A stretch of DNA of 64,000 bases from Octopus sinensis (lineage: Eukaryota), in assembly GCF_006345805.1 (NCBI RefSeq), contig NC_043013.1, forward strand, positions 28,644,001 through 28,708,000, read 5' to 3'. Both the position numbers and the translations under genes were made by a program. The notes beneath the pieces are model-generated. The model saw nothing but the letters and a program-made list of their open reading frames with translations. It ran no database searches and had not been told where the DNA came from. Of the stretch, positions 63,995 to 64,000 are shown in pieces (the stretch's first letter is position 1; every line of letters begins with the position of its first letter).

Positions 63995-64000
63995 TATATA

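Overview
AT-rich, eukaryotic intronic/intergenic DNA dominated by microsatellites and repeats. The repeat families look to me like those of octopus (coleoid cephalopod) genomes; this is recognition from memory, not a database result. No host protein-coding gene can be called with confidence, and nearly all ORF-track entries are microsatellite or repeat artefacts. Recognisable content: many tRNA-headed SINE-like copies (families labelled A, B, D, E here), a (GAT)n-tailed retroelement family (C), LINE fragments (CR1/L2-type, RTE, R4/Dong-like, and one with a C2H2-finger tail), a mariner transposase remnant, piggyBac-like TTAA MITEs, a composite Helitron, a Helentron-type non-autonomous element and a decayed tRNA-Glu(TTC) copy. 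The main discovery is a set of minimal type I hammerhead-ribozyme (HHR) motifs from about five unrelated repeat families (27893, 28374/28441, 37468/37702, 50046, 54700, 56756; damaged copies at 16175 and 31801). Each has a palindromic stem III too short to fold as a monomer, as in the dimer-cleaving hammerheads of Penelope-like elements (PLEs). Several have unusual cores: a G3-C8 swap in one family and U4-to-C in three. One family carries a tRNA-like Pol III head. Three loci are head-to-head inverted pairs, and in two of them only one copy has a 3' tail. All folds are by eye and ribozyme activity is untested.
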